A stretch of DNA of 38,592 nucleotides. It comes from Octopus sinensis. Its lineage: Eukaryota. Of this stretch, positions 1 to 11,999 are shown one piece after another. The notes beneath the pieces are model-generated. The model saw nothing but the letters and a program-made list of their open reading frames with translations. It searched no databases and was not told the origin of the DNA. The translations under genes and the position numbers were made by a program. Location: NCBI RefSeq assembly GCF_006345805.1, contig NW_021835698.1:1-38592 (forward strand), written 5' to 3'. The stretch's first letter is position 1. Each line of letters starts with the position of its first letter.

Positions 1-175
1 GAAATTGTTTTTATCGAATGAATCGACCGCAGTCCTTATTGTTTTCATTAAGCTTGGTAGTTATTTAATCAGTTCCTTTTGGCGAACCGTTAGGTCACAG
101 CGACCAAACACACCTACACCGATTGTCAAGCGATGCTGGAGGACAAACGCAGAAACAAAGATACGCACACACACA
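1..175 (-). mobile_element. Partial tRNA-derived SINE (family A, 3' half)
   Basis: Reverse complement matches the 3' half of the copy at 37694-38058 (tttggcgaaccgttagg...ccgattgtcaagcgatgctgg). Confidence 0.7.
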
Positions 176-588
176 CATTATATATATATATATATATATA
201 TATAACGTATATATATATATGTGTGTGCGTGTGTATACATAAATTGGAGTGGCTTGCTTACCAACCACATGCGAAACCATGGCAACGTGTTACCATTCTC
301 GTTCCATGTGACATGGTTTTCTCTTTTTGGTTGCTATTTCTAACTTTCAAAGAGTAAAATGCCCATGGCCTTTTAAGGGCCCCTAAGACTGGTGGGTCGA
401 AGGAAGGAACTTATCGTCAAACCAGAGAACTTGCTCTAATACTTGCAAAAGGTACCCAAACCTCATCCGTCTTCAACTCATTCCTCTTCCCTAGTAAGAA
501 GCTCCGTCTGCACTAGTTTTGCTATTTTAATTATTTATCACAATGCTTCAAGCAAGCTGCAACAATCTTTAATATAATATAATATAGA

Positions 589-634
<46 letters not shown>

Positions 635-642
635 TATAGACC

Positions 643-814
643 ACCACACACACGAATACACGAAGGTATAGCGAAGCGTGCCAACATAAACAAATAAGAG
701 AGAGAAGACATGCGTCTGCATACTTTTGCTTATGAAACGAAACGTACCCTGCCAATACAAAGCGATCACATTATGAGGGAGGGAGAGAGAGAGAGAGGGA
801 GGGAGAGAGAGAGA

Positions 815-851
<37 letters not shown>

Positions 852-870
852 TCGGAGTACCTGATGGTGG
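643..870 (+). repeat. Dispersed repeat or local duplication, copy A (copy B at 8525-8730)
   Basis: accacacacacgaatacacgaagg...cacattatgagggaggg is near-identical to 8525-8671 (one 2-nt indel and one substitution seen), followed in both by (GA)n and gaaaatcggRgtacctga. Confidence 0.9.
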
Positions 871-1002
871 GGGACGAATTAGGTGTGCGACCCAAGAGCT
901 CAGACGTAAGGAAATCGGAACCAATACCGCAAGGCATCTCGTCCTAAATATCCACCACCACAACAACAGCAACAACAATGGCAACAATAAATATACTGAA
1001 TA

Positions 1003-1129
1003 CGTGGTTGTGTGGTAAGGAGTTTGCTTCCAACCACATGATTCTGGTTTCAGTTTCACTGCGTGGCCCCTGGCGAGTGGTCTTCTATTTGGTAGACAGA
1101 AACTGAATGATGCCCTTTGTATATATATA

Positions 1130-1200
<71 letters not shown>

Positions 1201-1432
1201 ATATATATATAGGGCGGACGGTTCTTTATGTTTATATTTGTCCCCCATCAACGCTTGATAACCGGTGTTGCTGTCTTTACGTCCCCTTAATTTAGTGATT
1301 CAACAAAAGTAAACAATAGAATAAATACCACCCTTAAAAGAATAAGTTTTGGGTCGATTCATTCTGCTAAAAAATTTCCAAGGCGGTGCCCCAGCATGGC
1401 CGTGCTTTAATGACTGAAAGTCAAAGATAAGA
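1003..1432 (+). mobile_element. tRNA-derived SINE (family A) with internal (TA)n
   Basis: Colinear with 37694-38058: tgtggtaagg...ccaaccacatg...ggtttcagt head, internal (TA)n, 3' aaggcggtgccccagcatggccg...aatgactgaa. Confidence 0.8.
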
Positions 1433-4400
1433 CATGATACATAAAGGTAACTTTTATCGCCATCGAAGTCCCTGCAATAAATATATCATGCACCGAGGGT
1501 GACTACAAAGAGGTCGAAACCGTACGGTGTGATGGTTTCGTGACTGGGAGATAATAGAGGTTCACTGCTCGCTTTCGATATATTTTGAGTGTAGATTGCA
1601 TCGAATAACCAGCTGGAGGAGATGTTCTCCTTGGGTTAAAAATAGCAGTAGCGTCGGTTCCCACGGGACAGCCTTATCTAAGTGACGATAAACGGTACTT
1701 CTCAGTATAGTTACTTCTTGCATCTCTTATCGAGATTTTCTCAACTGGTTAATTTGCATGTTGAAAGATCAGCGACTGGGTGTCACTTATTTTCTATATA
1801 TTGCGAGCTGGAATGGATTACTGCTATTTCTAGCGGACGAGTATCCACCACGAAGGATGACGACAAAGACGTCGGTTTTGGACGGAACAGCCATGTTAAA
1901 ATGAGCGATGTTACTTTTCAAGGTTCGTATATTCTTTTCAAATTTCTCTTTTGAAAAAAAAAATACGAAACCGGTTATTTCGCCCAAAACTATGTTACTA
2001 TACACAAAGGTTTCTAACATTTTCCTAACATAACGACCTAAATATATTCTATAACCTTATAACACAAGCCTTCTGTAGTTTTTTCACTCTCTCATATATA
2101 TATATATAGTGTAAGCAGTATGAAATTAAAATCGTCATCTGTATATCATACTTAATGTATATACACTGTTGATAGGCAGATTACTGTAGTGTTTGTCTGA
2201 GATAAAATTGTTTGTTAACGCGTTGTGTTTAAATACAAAATACACATCGGAAGGAGAGGAAAAATGATCTCGGTTGTGGCCAGTGAGGACGCTGGATGCA
2301 TTTCGGAATATTCTCGTAGCCAGCCACATGTCCGGACGAGATTTGCCGCCTCTGAAAAAAAAAAAGCAATTTACTGATATTGTGAATAGCCACCCAGCTG
2401 ATCAAAATAGTCTTATGTACTCAATCGAGGCAGTATTAAATCAAAATAGTCATCTGCATTTCATACTCAATGTATAAACAGAGTCGACCGACAAGTTGCT
2501 TCCGCTTAGTAATGGTGGTAGTAGTCGTCATGATAGCAGTGATCGTTGTAGCTGGTGTGTGTGTTGTTGTTGTTGTTGTTGTTGTTAGTATTTGTATTTC
2601 ACATGCAGAAATACTCCTTTGATGTATTTCCCTTCTGTTCCTATATGATCATTAAATATATGTTCCTATATTTAGCGATCATGTTTAGCTTTAAGAACCG
2701 AGGAGAATGTGCTTTACTGACGACGCTTAATAAGACCGAAACGTCCCTGTTCTTTCGCAAAATGGCGTCTAACGCCAGATACTCTTGTAGAAGCAGGCTC
2801 CGTACTTAACAAAAATTTCAATTGACCTTATTGGAATTGCTTCCCTTATATCTTGTGTGTTTAGATTTTAAAACACCTTTCTCGTGTATTTATGTATCGA
2901 CGTACATAATAAGTAGCTAGGAATTTCTTTGCCAAAATGTGTGAGTGCAGGAGAGTGTAGAGCCGCTTGCATCTATGTCCGCTGCTAGGCTCAGTTACTA
3001 GAACTTTTTTTTCTTTTTTTAATTTACTTTATTACTTGGGTGAGAACATCGACATATTGTATTTATTTGCGCTCTGAATCGTTCAGTCACCAAAACCCAT
3101 CCGAGAAAATTTTGTCGTGCGCATGCGTGCAATGAGACTGAAAGATAGAAATGCACAAGTGTACACATACATCTCACAGCATAAATTTACATATGCACAT
3201 ATATATATACACACTTTTATACACACACATATAGACATACATACATAAGTATGCATTGGCAAAAACACACATATGCACATGCGCACACACATACATACCT
3301 AGCCTCGCTTAAGCACCGCACACGCGCAGGTGTGGTGTTTATTTAGGAGTAATGGCTGCCTAAATACACCTTGGTAAACATTACACTGACATCGTTGGTG
3401 GAGCGTTAAAGGTTCATAGATGCGTAGGAACACACACACACACCACACACACCCCGCGCGTACCTATGCAGTCTTTTGATCAGGCCGCCATGACTGTTTT
3501 CTTTGTGCTTTCTTGCTAAACTCCTGACTTTCATCGTTGAGCGCTCCAATCGTTTCTCTTCCCTCGTAATTGTGTCTCGCTTGTTTGTGCCAACCATTTT
3601 TTTTTTAGAGATTTTAACGCAAACATTCAACAAGTCTTCTTTCTCGTGTATTTATGTATCGCCGTACAGAAGCACCGAGACATTTCTGTGCCAAAACGTG
3701 TGAGTGCAGGAATGAATGTAAAATAGTGAATATGCAGATACGCTGGTATGCTTGCAAAAAATGTGTTTCTATACATACACATGCACATACATACGTACAT
3801 GCATGCTTGCATGCATTTATATACACACACATACATACACATATATGTGTGTATGTATGTATGTATGTAAGAATATAACTGCGTAACTTTGCATACATGT
3901 TTACATATACATATGTATGTATGCATTTATGTATATACGTATATATGTATTATTGTTTGTACTTAAATATAGATATATAAATAATGCAGTGTGTAAATTG
4001 AGATGGAAGAAAATACCTTTTGTAACAAACGTAATTTTAGCCACGATTTGGAAAGATAACAAATCGATTACACCAAAGTTCATTATCTGTTGTCGGAGAG
4101 ACAAAATCTGGGATGCTTATGACTAGTTTCTAGTCTTCTTAGACCTTCGCAAGGAACGACTATCTATTCTCGGTCTGCGGAGTGATTCCTAACTCATATT
4201 GTATACACATAGACTGGCAGTCAGCTAAAGTATTCAGTCCAGTTCGTGTAACATCGCATGCGCCCATTTATTTGTTTATTTCTTTATAGGGCTCCATGCG
4301 GTGGTTTTGGAAATGCGGTTGCATCTTCCTTTGGGTGAGTGTAGACGAGACAAGAACGAGGCGGAAATTACTAATAACAATACACAGGGCGACCACTAAC

Positions 4401-4645
4401 ATACATACACACAAACGTATTATATACATATAAGATGTAATAAGAATTTAGAAACTTCGAGAATGTGAAATGTTAAGACTTAAGATAGTGAAGACAGAAA
4501 GCTTCTTTGCAACGATGAATAAATTGAATAATCTTTAAATATTTCTCGCACAAAGTCCCGTCAGAAGAACAGAACCGTCAAAAGATGTCTATCTGCTTAG
4601 ATGCCAGCCATATTGGATGGGAAAATGTAACATGGCCGCCGACTA

Positions 4646-4685
4646 TCTTCTGATGATGGGCCTTTGAGCATGAAACATGTAAAGG
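4646..4685 (+). ncRNA. Degenerate type I hammerhead ribozyme motif
   Basis: tctt-CTGATGA-(poorly paired stem II)-GAAAC-palindromic ACATGT-A-aagg. Stem I is tctt/aagg; stem II is disrupted. Confidence 0.45.
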
Positions 4686-5003
4686 TTGTCCAACTATCTT
4701 CTCAGAGTTATCTATGTTTTGGTCTATGTACTTATTGTTTACGTGGCAATTGTTACATCCAATTTTGATATATTTAACTCTCATTCAGAGCATTGTAATG
4801 CGGCGTTATCTAGAGCAGAATACAACCAAAAAATTACCTTTATTGATAAAGAGGACTTACAAATTGATAATAATTTAAGTAGCAATAACCACGCGCCGAT
4901 AATTATCGCGCCGATAATGGACGTAGAAGTAGATTTAATGTGACATCTAATCTAAATGGTAATAAGAACAAGGATAAGTACATAGACCAAAACATAGAAA
5001 ACT

Positions 5004-5034
5004 CTGAGAAGGGGCAACAACCCTGAAACATGTC
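5004..5034 (+). ncRNA. Degenerate hammerhead ribozyme core
   Basis: CTGA-GA (1 nt short of CTGANGA), stem II AGGG/CCCT, GAAAC, palindromic ACATGT, then C (GUC site). Stem I does not pair. Confidence 0.4.
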
Positions 5035-5260
5035 TGTAGCTGTCGGACTAGCAGGTTGAAGCGGCTGACCTCCCCTGTTCGAAGGTTTAATAACGGACGC
5101 AGTTTGTGTGTCAAGTAGCTAGCTTGAGGCGATGGCTTCATGGAGCTAATCAGCGACAGCTTTATTCTTATTTTTAAGAATGCCATATTAGTATCGCGAT
5201 AACTATTAATTTCTGATAGGATAATTTTAGATAAAAGTAAGAAGCATACAATTAGTAACA

Positions 5261-6196
5261 TTGATAAAGAGAACTTACATATCCCTGATAAAAAAAAGTA
5301 ATAATTGCCACGTAAACAACAATAAAGATCATGCCAGAAATAATAGTAGAAATAGATTTACGATGACAAAAAATCCTAATGAAATTAAGAATAATAATAG
5401 GAACATTGAACTGAACAAAGGTAATACGGATAAGATAAACTTTGATAAAACTAAGAAACATGCAAATAAGAACATTAATAAATACATCGACTCTGGTGAG
5501 ATTAGGAACGATTCAAATAACCCCAATTCTAATTCTAAGAAATTTAATAGGAGGGACATAATGTGGCTAAACATCCCTTTCAACTGTGCGGTTTTATCAG
5601 ATATTCAGAGTAGATTCAAAACAATTCTAGAAAAGAACTTCTCATCCTCTCATAGATATCATAAAATTATTTCTAAAAAAACTGTCAGAATTTCTTATTC
5701 AACCCTCCCAAATATGTCCACTTTAATAGCCAAGATCAATAATAATAACATTAAACTAGCCAGGAAAAATTTAAATAATAGCAATAAGAATACAAATGAA
5801 AATTGTAGTAACATTACTGAAATTAATAATAGCCACAATAATAATAATGACTATCATAACATAAGTATAACCAATAGCTATAGAATTGCTAGTAATAATA
5901 ATAACACAAATAGGAACAATTATGTTAATAATAGGAATAATACCAAGAGTGAAAATACCATGAATGGAGACAACAATGATATCTACAATAACACTATACA
6001 TTTAGAAACTAATACCGGTAACAATAGTAACAGCACCAACAATATTAATAATGATGGTAGGGTTATAGAACCAAATGATAGTGTAGGAATACCGATAAAT
6101 GATAATACTACTTTAGATAATAACATTAACTACAATAACGATAACATTATTTTAGATAGCAGCAGTAACCAAAATAACGAAAAAATATACTCGTAA
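5261..6196 (+). pseudogene. PLE ORF fragment: Asn-rich linker between RT thumb and GIY-YIG
   Basis: The ORF contains DIMWLNIPF and HRYHKIISKKTVRISYSTLPNM, resembling the Penelope-clade post-RT region (IIWFNPPF...HKIFNRNTVKISYS). It stops out of frame with the downstream GIY-YIG. Confidence 0.75.
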
Positions 6197-6200
6197 TGTT

Positions 6201-6659
6201 TTGAGTAACAGTAATATGAGACTTCTGTCCTCGAGTAATTCCACATCGAATTATAATCCCCCTAGATGTAACTGCAGAATTAGATCAAAATGCCCGGCGC
6301 CTGGTCTATGCGGGTTAAATAACGTAATCTACAAATGCACCATAACCACAGATAATAACAAATATACCTATTTAGGATGTACTATAAATTTTAAAAAACG
6401 CCTTAGTAACCATCTATCTTCTTTCAAATTACGTCATAAAGCTGATAACACCACTCTTTCAAGTAAAATCTGGGAACTAAAAAACAATAATATTAAGTAT
6501 AACCTTAATTGGGAATTAGTTAGAAGAGCGATACCTTATAAAAATAGCAGAGTTGGTTGTCAACTTTGCTCCATGGAAACATTTGAAATACTAATGAATA
6601 AAAAAAATGATATTTTATTGAATAACCGGATAGAACTGGGTCTCCTGTATCCACGCTAG
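6201..6659 (+). pseudogene. PLE GIY-YIG endonuclease domain with preceding CxC..CP..C motif
   Basis: CNCRIRSKCPAPGLC-NNVIYKC...YTYLGCT..FKKRLSNHLSSF...TLSSKIWELK...CQLCSME...LLNNRIEL is typical of Penelope-type GIY-YIG C-termini. Confidence 0.88.
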
Positions 6660-7715
6660 GATTAAGATTCTTAAATATTTTAAATGATAACAGTATATAA
6701 AAATCACTTTGAATAAAGCATTGCTCTTACATATTATATATTATATATTTAATTAGACAGCTACGATCTCATTAGCTATGGTTATATTCTCTCTCTAACT
6801 GTACTAGGTGATACTTATATAAATTAGTTGATTAGAAACTTCATTCTATTAGACTATGTAGATAATTTAAATTATTTCTTTCTAATTTTTAGTCTATTTT
6901 AAGTAAACCTATTTATAGAAAATTGGTTAATTAGACTTCTTAGTTCCTTTATATACTACTAATAAATTTTGCTAATCCTAGACCTATAATATAACGGTTT
7001 TTCATTATGAAAAATAACTCTATTTCCTTTCTTCTGACCTCTTATTGTATTCCCATAACCTGGCAATGTACTAATAGTAACATTAATAAATAAAGAAATA
7101 AATTAAATGACCTCCGTTCGAATATTGCACTAAATACGCTAAAATGTGTTCCTATAGAAACAACCTTTGACCCCCCCCTTTTCACCTTCCCATTTCCTCT
7201 TTATATAGCAATTAACAACAGTAGGTGGTCAAAATTAACATTCCTCCTTTAAGCTCTGTGGTTCTTGCAGATTTCTATATCAGCCATTTCGTCTCCACTG
7301 AAAGACTGTCTCTACGCTTCACTGACCCTCCTACAACTGTTTCGGATTCTAACATAGCAGTTTTCAGAAATTTCGCACAAATGTATCCAAAATATCTTCA
7401 CACAGCTTGAATCACACTTTACTATGAACTATATATGGATAAATACATATTCTGTGAGTACGATACCTCTCATCATATCTCCAGGAATCAAACTTTCTTC
7501 AATATGGATGAATTTACATCCTCACTTTCATCTTCACTTTCTGGAAAACTAAGAGGTTTTGAAAAAGTTTTTCAAAAACCTGATATATGACTGTGCAATA
7601 CTAAAAGAACTTTCAGAAGTCAATTTGTTATCTAAATCTCATTTTTATAGAACTTTCCATGATGTTTCACGAGTGTAACATCACCCCCTTTGATGTTTGG
7701 AGATCACAGATGTTT

Positions 7716-7804
7716 TTTGAGCTGATGAGTACGGGTCACTTATATTTACTGCAATTTTTGTAGCCTTATTAAAGATGTCTTCGTACGAAACAATTGTACT
7801 GAAA
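7716..7804 (+). ncRNA. Type I hammerhead ribozyme in the PLE 3' region, 48-nt loop II
   Basis: Stem I tttgag/ctgaaa (1 mismatch); CTGATGA 7722-7728; stem II GTACG/CGTAC; GAAA; palindromic stem III ACAATTGT; predicted cleavage after A7798 (GUA). Confidence 0.75.
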
Positions 7805-7829
7805 TATTGATCCATTCTTGTTGCTTTTT

Positions 7830-7908
<79 letters not shown>

Positions 7909-7945
7909 GTATATATATATATATATATATAATTATATATATATA

Positions 7946-7980
<35 letters not shown>

Positions 7981-7984
<4 letters not shown>

Positions 7985-8087
7985 GTATACATGTAAGATT
8001 CCAATACCTTATGAGTAAATTCCAATAGTATTTAAAAAACTATTGTATTTTACTCATAAGGTATTGGAATCTTACATGTATACCATT
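7981..8087. repeat. Perfect 39-bp inverted repeat with 29-nt spacer
   Basis: 7981-8019 aatggtatacatgtaagattccaataccttatgagtaaa is the exact reverse complement of 8049-8087. Confidence 0.95.
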
Positions 8088-8213
8088 CTTCCTAAGTAAT
8101 GGATCTACAAATGCAATATTCCTGCATATCTCACATCTATTTTCCTTCCTCCACTTCACTCTCTATTTCCTATCTTATCTAGAATAACTATTGCTTAACC
8201 ATTTTCTCACACC

Positions 8214-8261
8214 GTCTCCGATGAAGGGATATAATAAATATCCTGGAAACAGCTGTAAAAC
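8214..8261 (+). ncRNA. Degenerate type I hammerhead ribozyme motif
   Basis: gtct-CCGATGA (C for U in the core)-stem II GGATAT/ATATCC-GAAAC-palindromic ACAGCTGT-A-aaac. Confidence 0.55.
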
Positions 8262-8491
8262 CTATTTACAAATGTTCTAAAATCTTCACAGCCTTGGTTT
8301 TTTTTTCTCATTCTGAAAAAAACATTTTATATATACACATGCTGATGTATGACCTACGTTGGACTCCCTATTCGTATAATCACTGAACTTGGAGCTTAAC
8401 TATAGTCTATCCATAGCACTTATTCAGCATTACCTGACACCTTTGTCTTACACGACACCATTACCTCTCATAACCTATATATATAATATAT

Positions 8492-8524
<33 letters not shown>

Positions 8525-8525
<1 letters not shown>

Positions 8526-8730
8526 CCACACACACGAATACACGAAGGTATAGCGAAGCGTGCCAATAAACAAATAAGAGAGAGAAGACATGCGTCTGCA
8601 TACTTTTGCTTATGAAACAAAACGTACCCTGCCAATACAAAGCGATCACATTATGAGGGAGGGAGAGAGAGACAGGGAGGGAGAGAGAGGGGGATGGAGA
8701 GTGAGTGAGAGAAAATCGGGGTACCTGACG
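8525..8730 (+). repeat. Dispersed repeat or local duplication, copy B (copy A at 643-870)
   Basis: Direct alignment by eye with 643-870. Confidence 0.9.
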
Positions 8731-8842
8731 GAAATCGAAGCCACTCAGACGCGTACCGCCTGTCGCCACAAATTTGTTTATTCTGATTTCTGTTTCACTT
8801 TACACTCACATATATACATATACATACATACATACACGCACG

Positions 8843-8914
<72 letters not shown>

Positions 8915-9249
8915 TATGTTACAAAAAGAAAATAGAAACTACACGTGGAAATGTAAGGGGAGAGTAAGAAGAAAAATAATCGAAAAATGCAGATTGGAGA
9001 TCAAAAGGAGTAAAGGCTTTTTACGGAGAGTAACGCTAGACAAATGGAATTAGATGGACTGAGGTCATTTAGCCACGACTTTCCTTTTGTGTATATAATG
9101 AGAAAATGTGTGTGTTTACAAATGTGCTAATTAGGGGTACATCGAGAAAGGGGAGAAAGAGAAAATGCTTTCTGGAATTGGAATGAAATTTCAATGGGTT
9201 GACCACATCAAATTAAAAAGAAACCTTTCTCTCTCTTTCTCTCTCTCTT

Positions 9250-9290
<41 letters not shown>

Positions 9291-9502
9291 TATATATATA
9301 TATATATATATACACAAATACATATTTTTGAAGCTTCTGTGCAAGAAAACTGCCAGATGCATACATACATACATACATACGTACATACATACATACATAC
9401 ATACATACATACACACATGTATGTATATATCTGTGTGTGTATGCGTGTGTGTGCGTGTATGTGTGTGTGTGCGTGCTTGTGTGTGTAAATAGGTGGTTAG
9501 GG

Positions 9503-9533
<31 letters not shown>

Positions 9534-10734
9534 AAGAAGAAAGAAAGTAGGAATTTAAATAAAATATTAGATTGCTGTTTAAGATTATCAAATTCTAACG
9601 AGATGTCATGTCTTTTCGGAAGCTGCTGTAATATCTGGAGTGAGTCTGTTAAGTGAGGGTGTAGCAAACGCTAACAGTTGCTTTCCGATAGTAACCAGAT
9701 TTAACATTAGATTTAGTTCTGTTACTAATGCACAAACTGTGTTTTCTAATAATAGTCGTCTAATATTAACATATAATTGCTTATGGAAGGAATTATACAA
9801 GTCTGTATAATATATATTTGGAATAGAAGTAGTGGGGCACAATGAGTAATATTTACTGCATTTTTAAACTTTGAGAATAGAAATTTACGAATGTTTACTA
9901 CCTTACAAAAACTATATCAGCCAAGCAAATGAGCTTCTCTGAATACTTTAAAACATTGTAGCATAATCTGAACACTATTTCAGAAAGTTATCTCTCATTC
10001 TCTTTGAGCATATAAAAGACGAATTTAGATGGGGCAAAATGAGTAAAACAAAACGAGGTAAATTTGCCTCTTTCAATTCTCCAGAATAATATTTGGGAAA
10101 AAACTCATAAAACATCAATATCCATCTTTAGAAATTGGAAAGATTAGAAATTCAACAAAAATTCGAAATATATCAGTCAAATTGTAAAAGGATCGTGGGA
10201 AAATGGTACCTGATAAGAAATGAAACGAAACATGACTAAATCTAAAAGCTTAACATAAATATCTGTGTAGCTTCTTCAGAATCTGCTGGAATGGGTTTTT
10301 CATGGTAAAGGGAAGAAATTATTGAAATTGGTCATTACTCCTTTTATGCCAGTTTAGACTTAATTTTTGGTAATTGAAAATTATCATATTAGACATTAGT
10401 GTAGGAAAAAAATTGTCTTAGAATCCAAAAGAGAAAATGCCTATTGGTTGTTGAAGAGCAAAAATTATCCAGGTGTTTAATTAGCAACCTCAATTGCAAT
10501 TAGGTCAAAAACGAAAGGGAATTTCTTGGAAAACAAAACCCTAATCACCTGACTATGTTCCAAACCCTCTCAACCTCAACAACAACAACTATGCTGACCA
10601 ATTTTTATTCCCAAAGAAGATGCAACAGAATAAAAGGATGAGGATGCGATACTTGCAATGGAATGGTTTCAAATGGGCAGAGAGAAAATAACAAGAAATC
10701 AGAAATTAATCATTTTGCCTCACCCCTATTGGCC

Positions 10735-10940
10735 CAAGGTCTGAAATTGTGATGCGGGTGTTGGTCCATTAAATCGATCCTGCCCTACTTGACTTGGTTT
10801 TATTTCATCGACACCAGAGAGATGAAAGGCAATGTTGACCTTGGCGGAAATTGAACTCAGAACGTCAAGAACCAAAGCAAATGCCGTGAGGAATTTATGT
10901 TTTTCCGATGCTCTAACGATTCTGCGAGTTCACCGCTTCT
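10735..10940 (-). mobile_element. Decayed tRNA-derived SINE (family B)
   Basis: Reverse complement resembles 35416-35585 (gaatcgttagagc...ttctgagttcaatttccgccaaggtcaacattgcctttcatc). Confidence 0.7.
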
Positions 10941-11009
10941 AAGGAATAATGCAAAACTAAAGTAATTGCTTCAAGCATAAATGCAAACTCTGAAATTATT
11001 GTGAAGGTA

Positions 11010-11180
11010 TTGGTCGATTTAATGACCCTCTATCCCCAGTGTATGCTGGTATTGTATTTCATCAACTCTGGAGAGTTGAAGAGCAAAATTGAGCTTTTAG
11101 CGAAATTTGAACTGAAAATTGTGACAACCGAAACAAATACTGCAAAACATTCTAAGAGCCAACGGCCAATTCTCCACCTT
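11010..11180 (-). mobile_element. Older decayed SINE (family B)
   Basis: Weak similarity to the family B body and B box (cagttcaaatttcgct). Confidence 0.45.
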
Positions 11181-11549
11181 CAGAACAATTACAAAGCAAG
11201 TGTAATTACAGGCACGTACTCATGGGACGTAAATTAGCAATTAGCACATTGATAATTATTCGACATTATAAAATTATATTTGGGATTCGGTTGTCATGTC
11301 TGTGTGTTCTGAATTTTTTGATCTTGTTGTCTACAGGGAGTCTTTTAACTAAAAAAAGGATCTCTCAAGGCATGATCAATGGTAGACTTGGAAAATAGGG
11401 AGATGTAAGGGATAAAAAGGTAGACATTAAAGGGATTAGCGTGACTATGGATTATATGAAAGTGTTCGTTAACCTAATATTGAAATATTGGTAGCTTTAA
11501 CTCCAGGAACGTATTATTACAACATATAGTATTATAATAATATTATATT

Positions 11550-11601
11550 AAATAGAGTAGGATTAGCCGACCCCCAAATAGAGTAGGATTATCCGACCCC
11601 C
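11550..11601 (+). repeat. 26-bp tandem duplication
   Basis: aaatagagtaggattaKccgaccccc x2. Confidence 0.9.
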
Positions 11602-11999
11602 AAATGGTCGTTGTTATATAAGTACAGTGCTTGGGTGTTGCCTCATATTATAGAAGGAAAAATGAACGAACAGAAAAGAGAAAGACACAGACAAAAGAAA
11701 ACTAGGGCAGATAACACTTAAAAATAAATATGAAGCGAATATATAAAGACATTGAGAATAAGGATAAGAATAATACGCACACACACACACACTTGCGCGT
11801 GCACACACACACACACTAGCGCGCGCACACATATAAGTAATTATTTGGACCTTGGATATATGGTATACCGCAAGGGTGGGATGTAGGTTGGGTCGAAACG
11901 ATCGTTGTGTTGAATAAAGATTCTTGCCAACTCCATTTTCCGTTTCCCTCATTCATTATATATATATATATATTCTATGTTTACAGCTGTTTCGCAATC

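Larger units (their letters stand above)
4640..7810 (+). mobile_element. 5'-truncated, rearranged Penelope-like retroelement (no RT catalytic core visible)
   Basis: Post-RT segment SNFDIFNSHSEHCNAALSRAEYNQKITF (~4756-4845), linker motif RRDIMWLNIPF...HRYHKIISKKTVRISYSTLPNM, a GIY-YIG frame at 6201-6659, and an HHR at 7716-7804. Boundaries approximate. Confidence 0.8.

Noticed and set aside
1491-1532. HHR-like half motif (gac/gtc, GAAAC, palindromic ACCGTACGGT)
   Set aside because: No CTGANGA core, G at the cleavage position and no clear stem I; at best a very old remnant.
10010-10240. Possible very decayed GIY-YIG coding remnant
   Set aside because: Only vague residue resemblance across several frames with stops; needs TBLASTN.
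11870-11910. GAAAC followed by palindromic ACGATCGT
   Set aside because: The upstream core and stem II are not recognisable.
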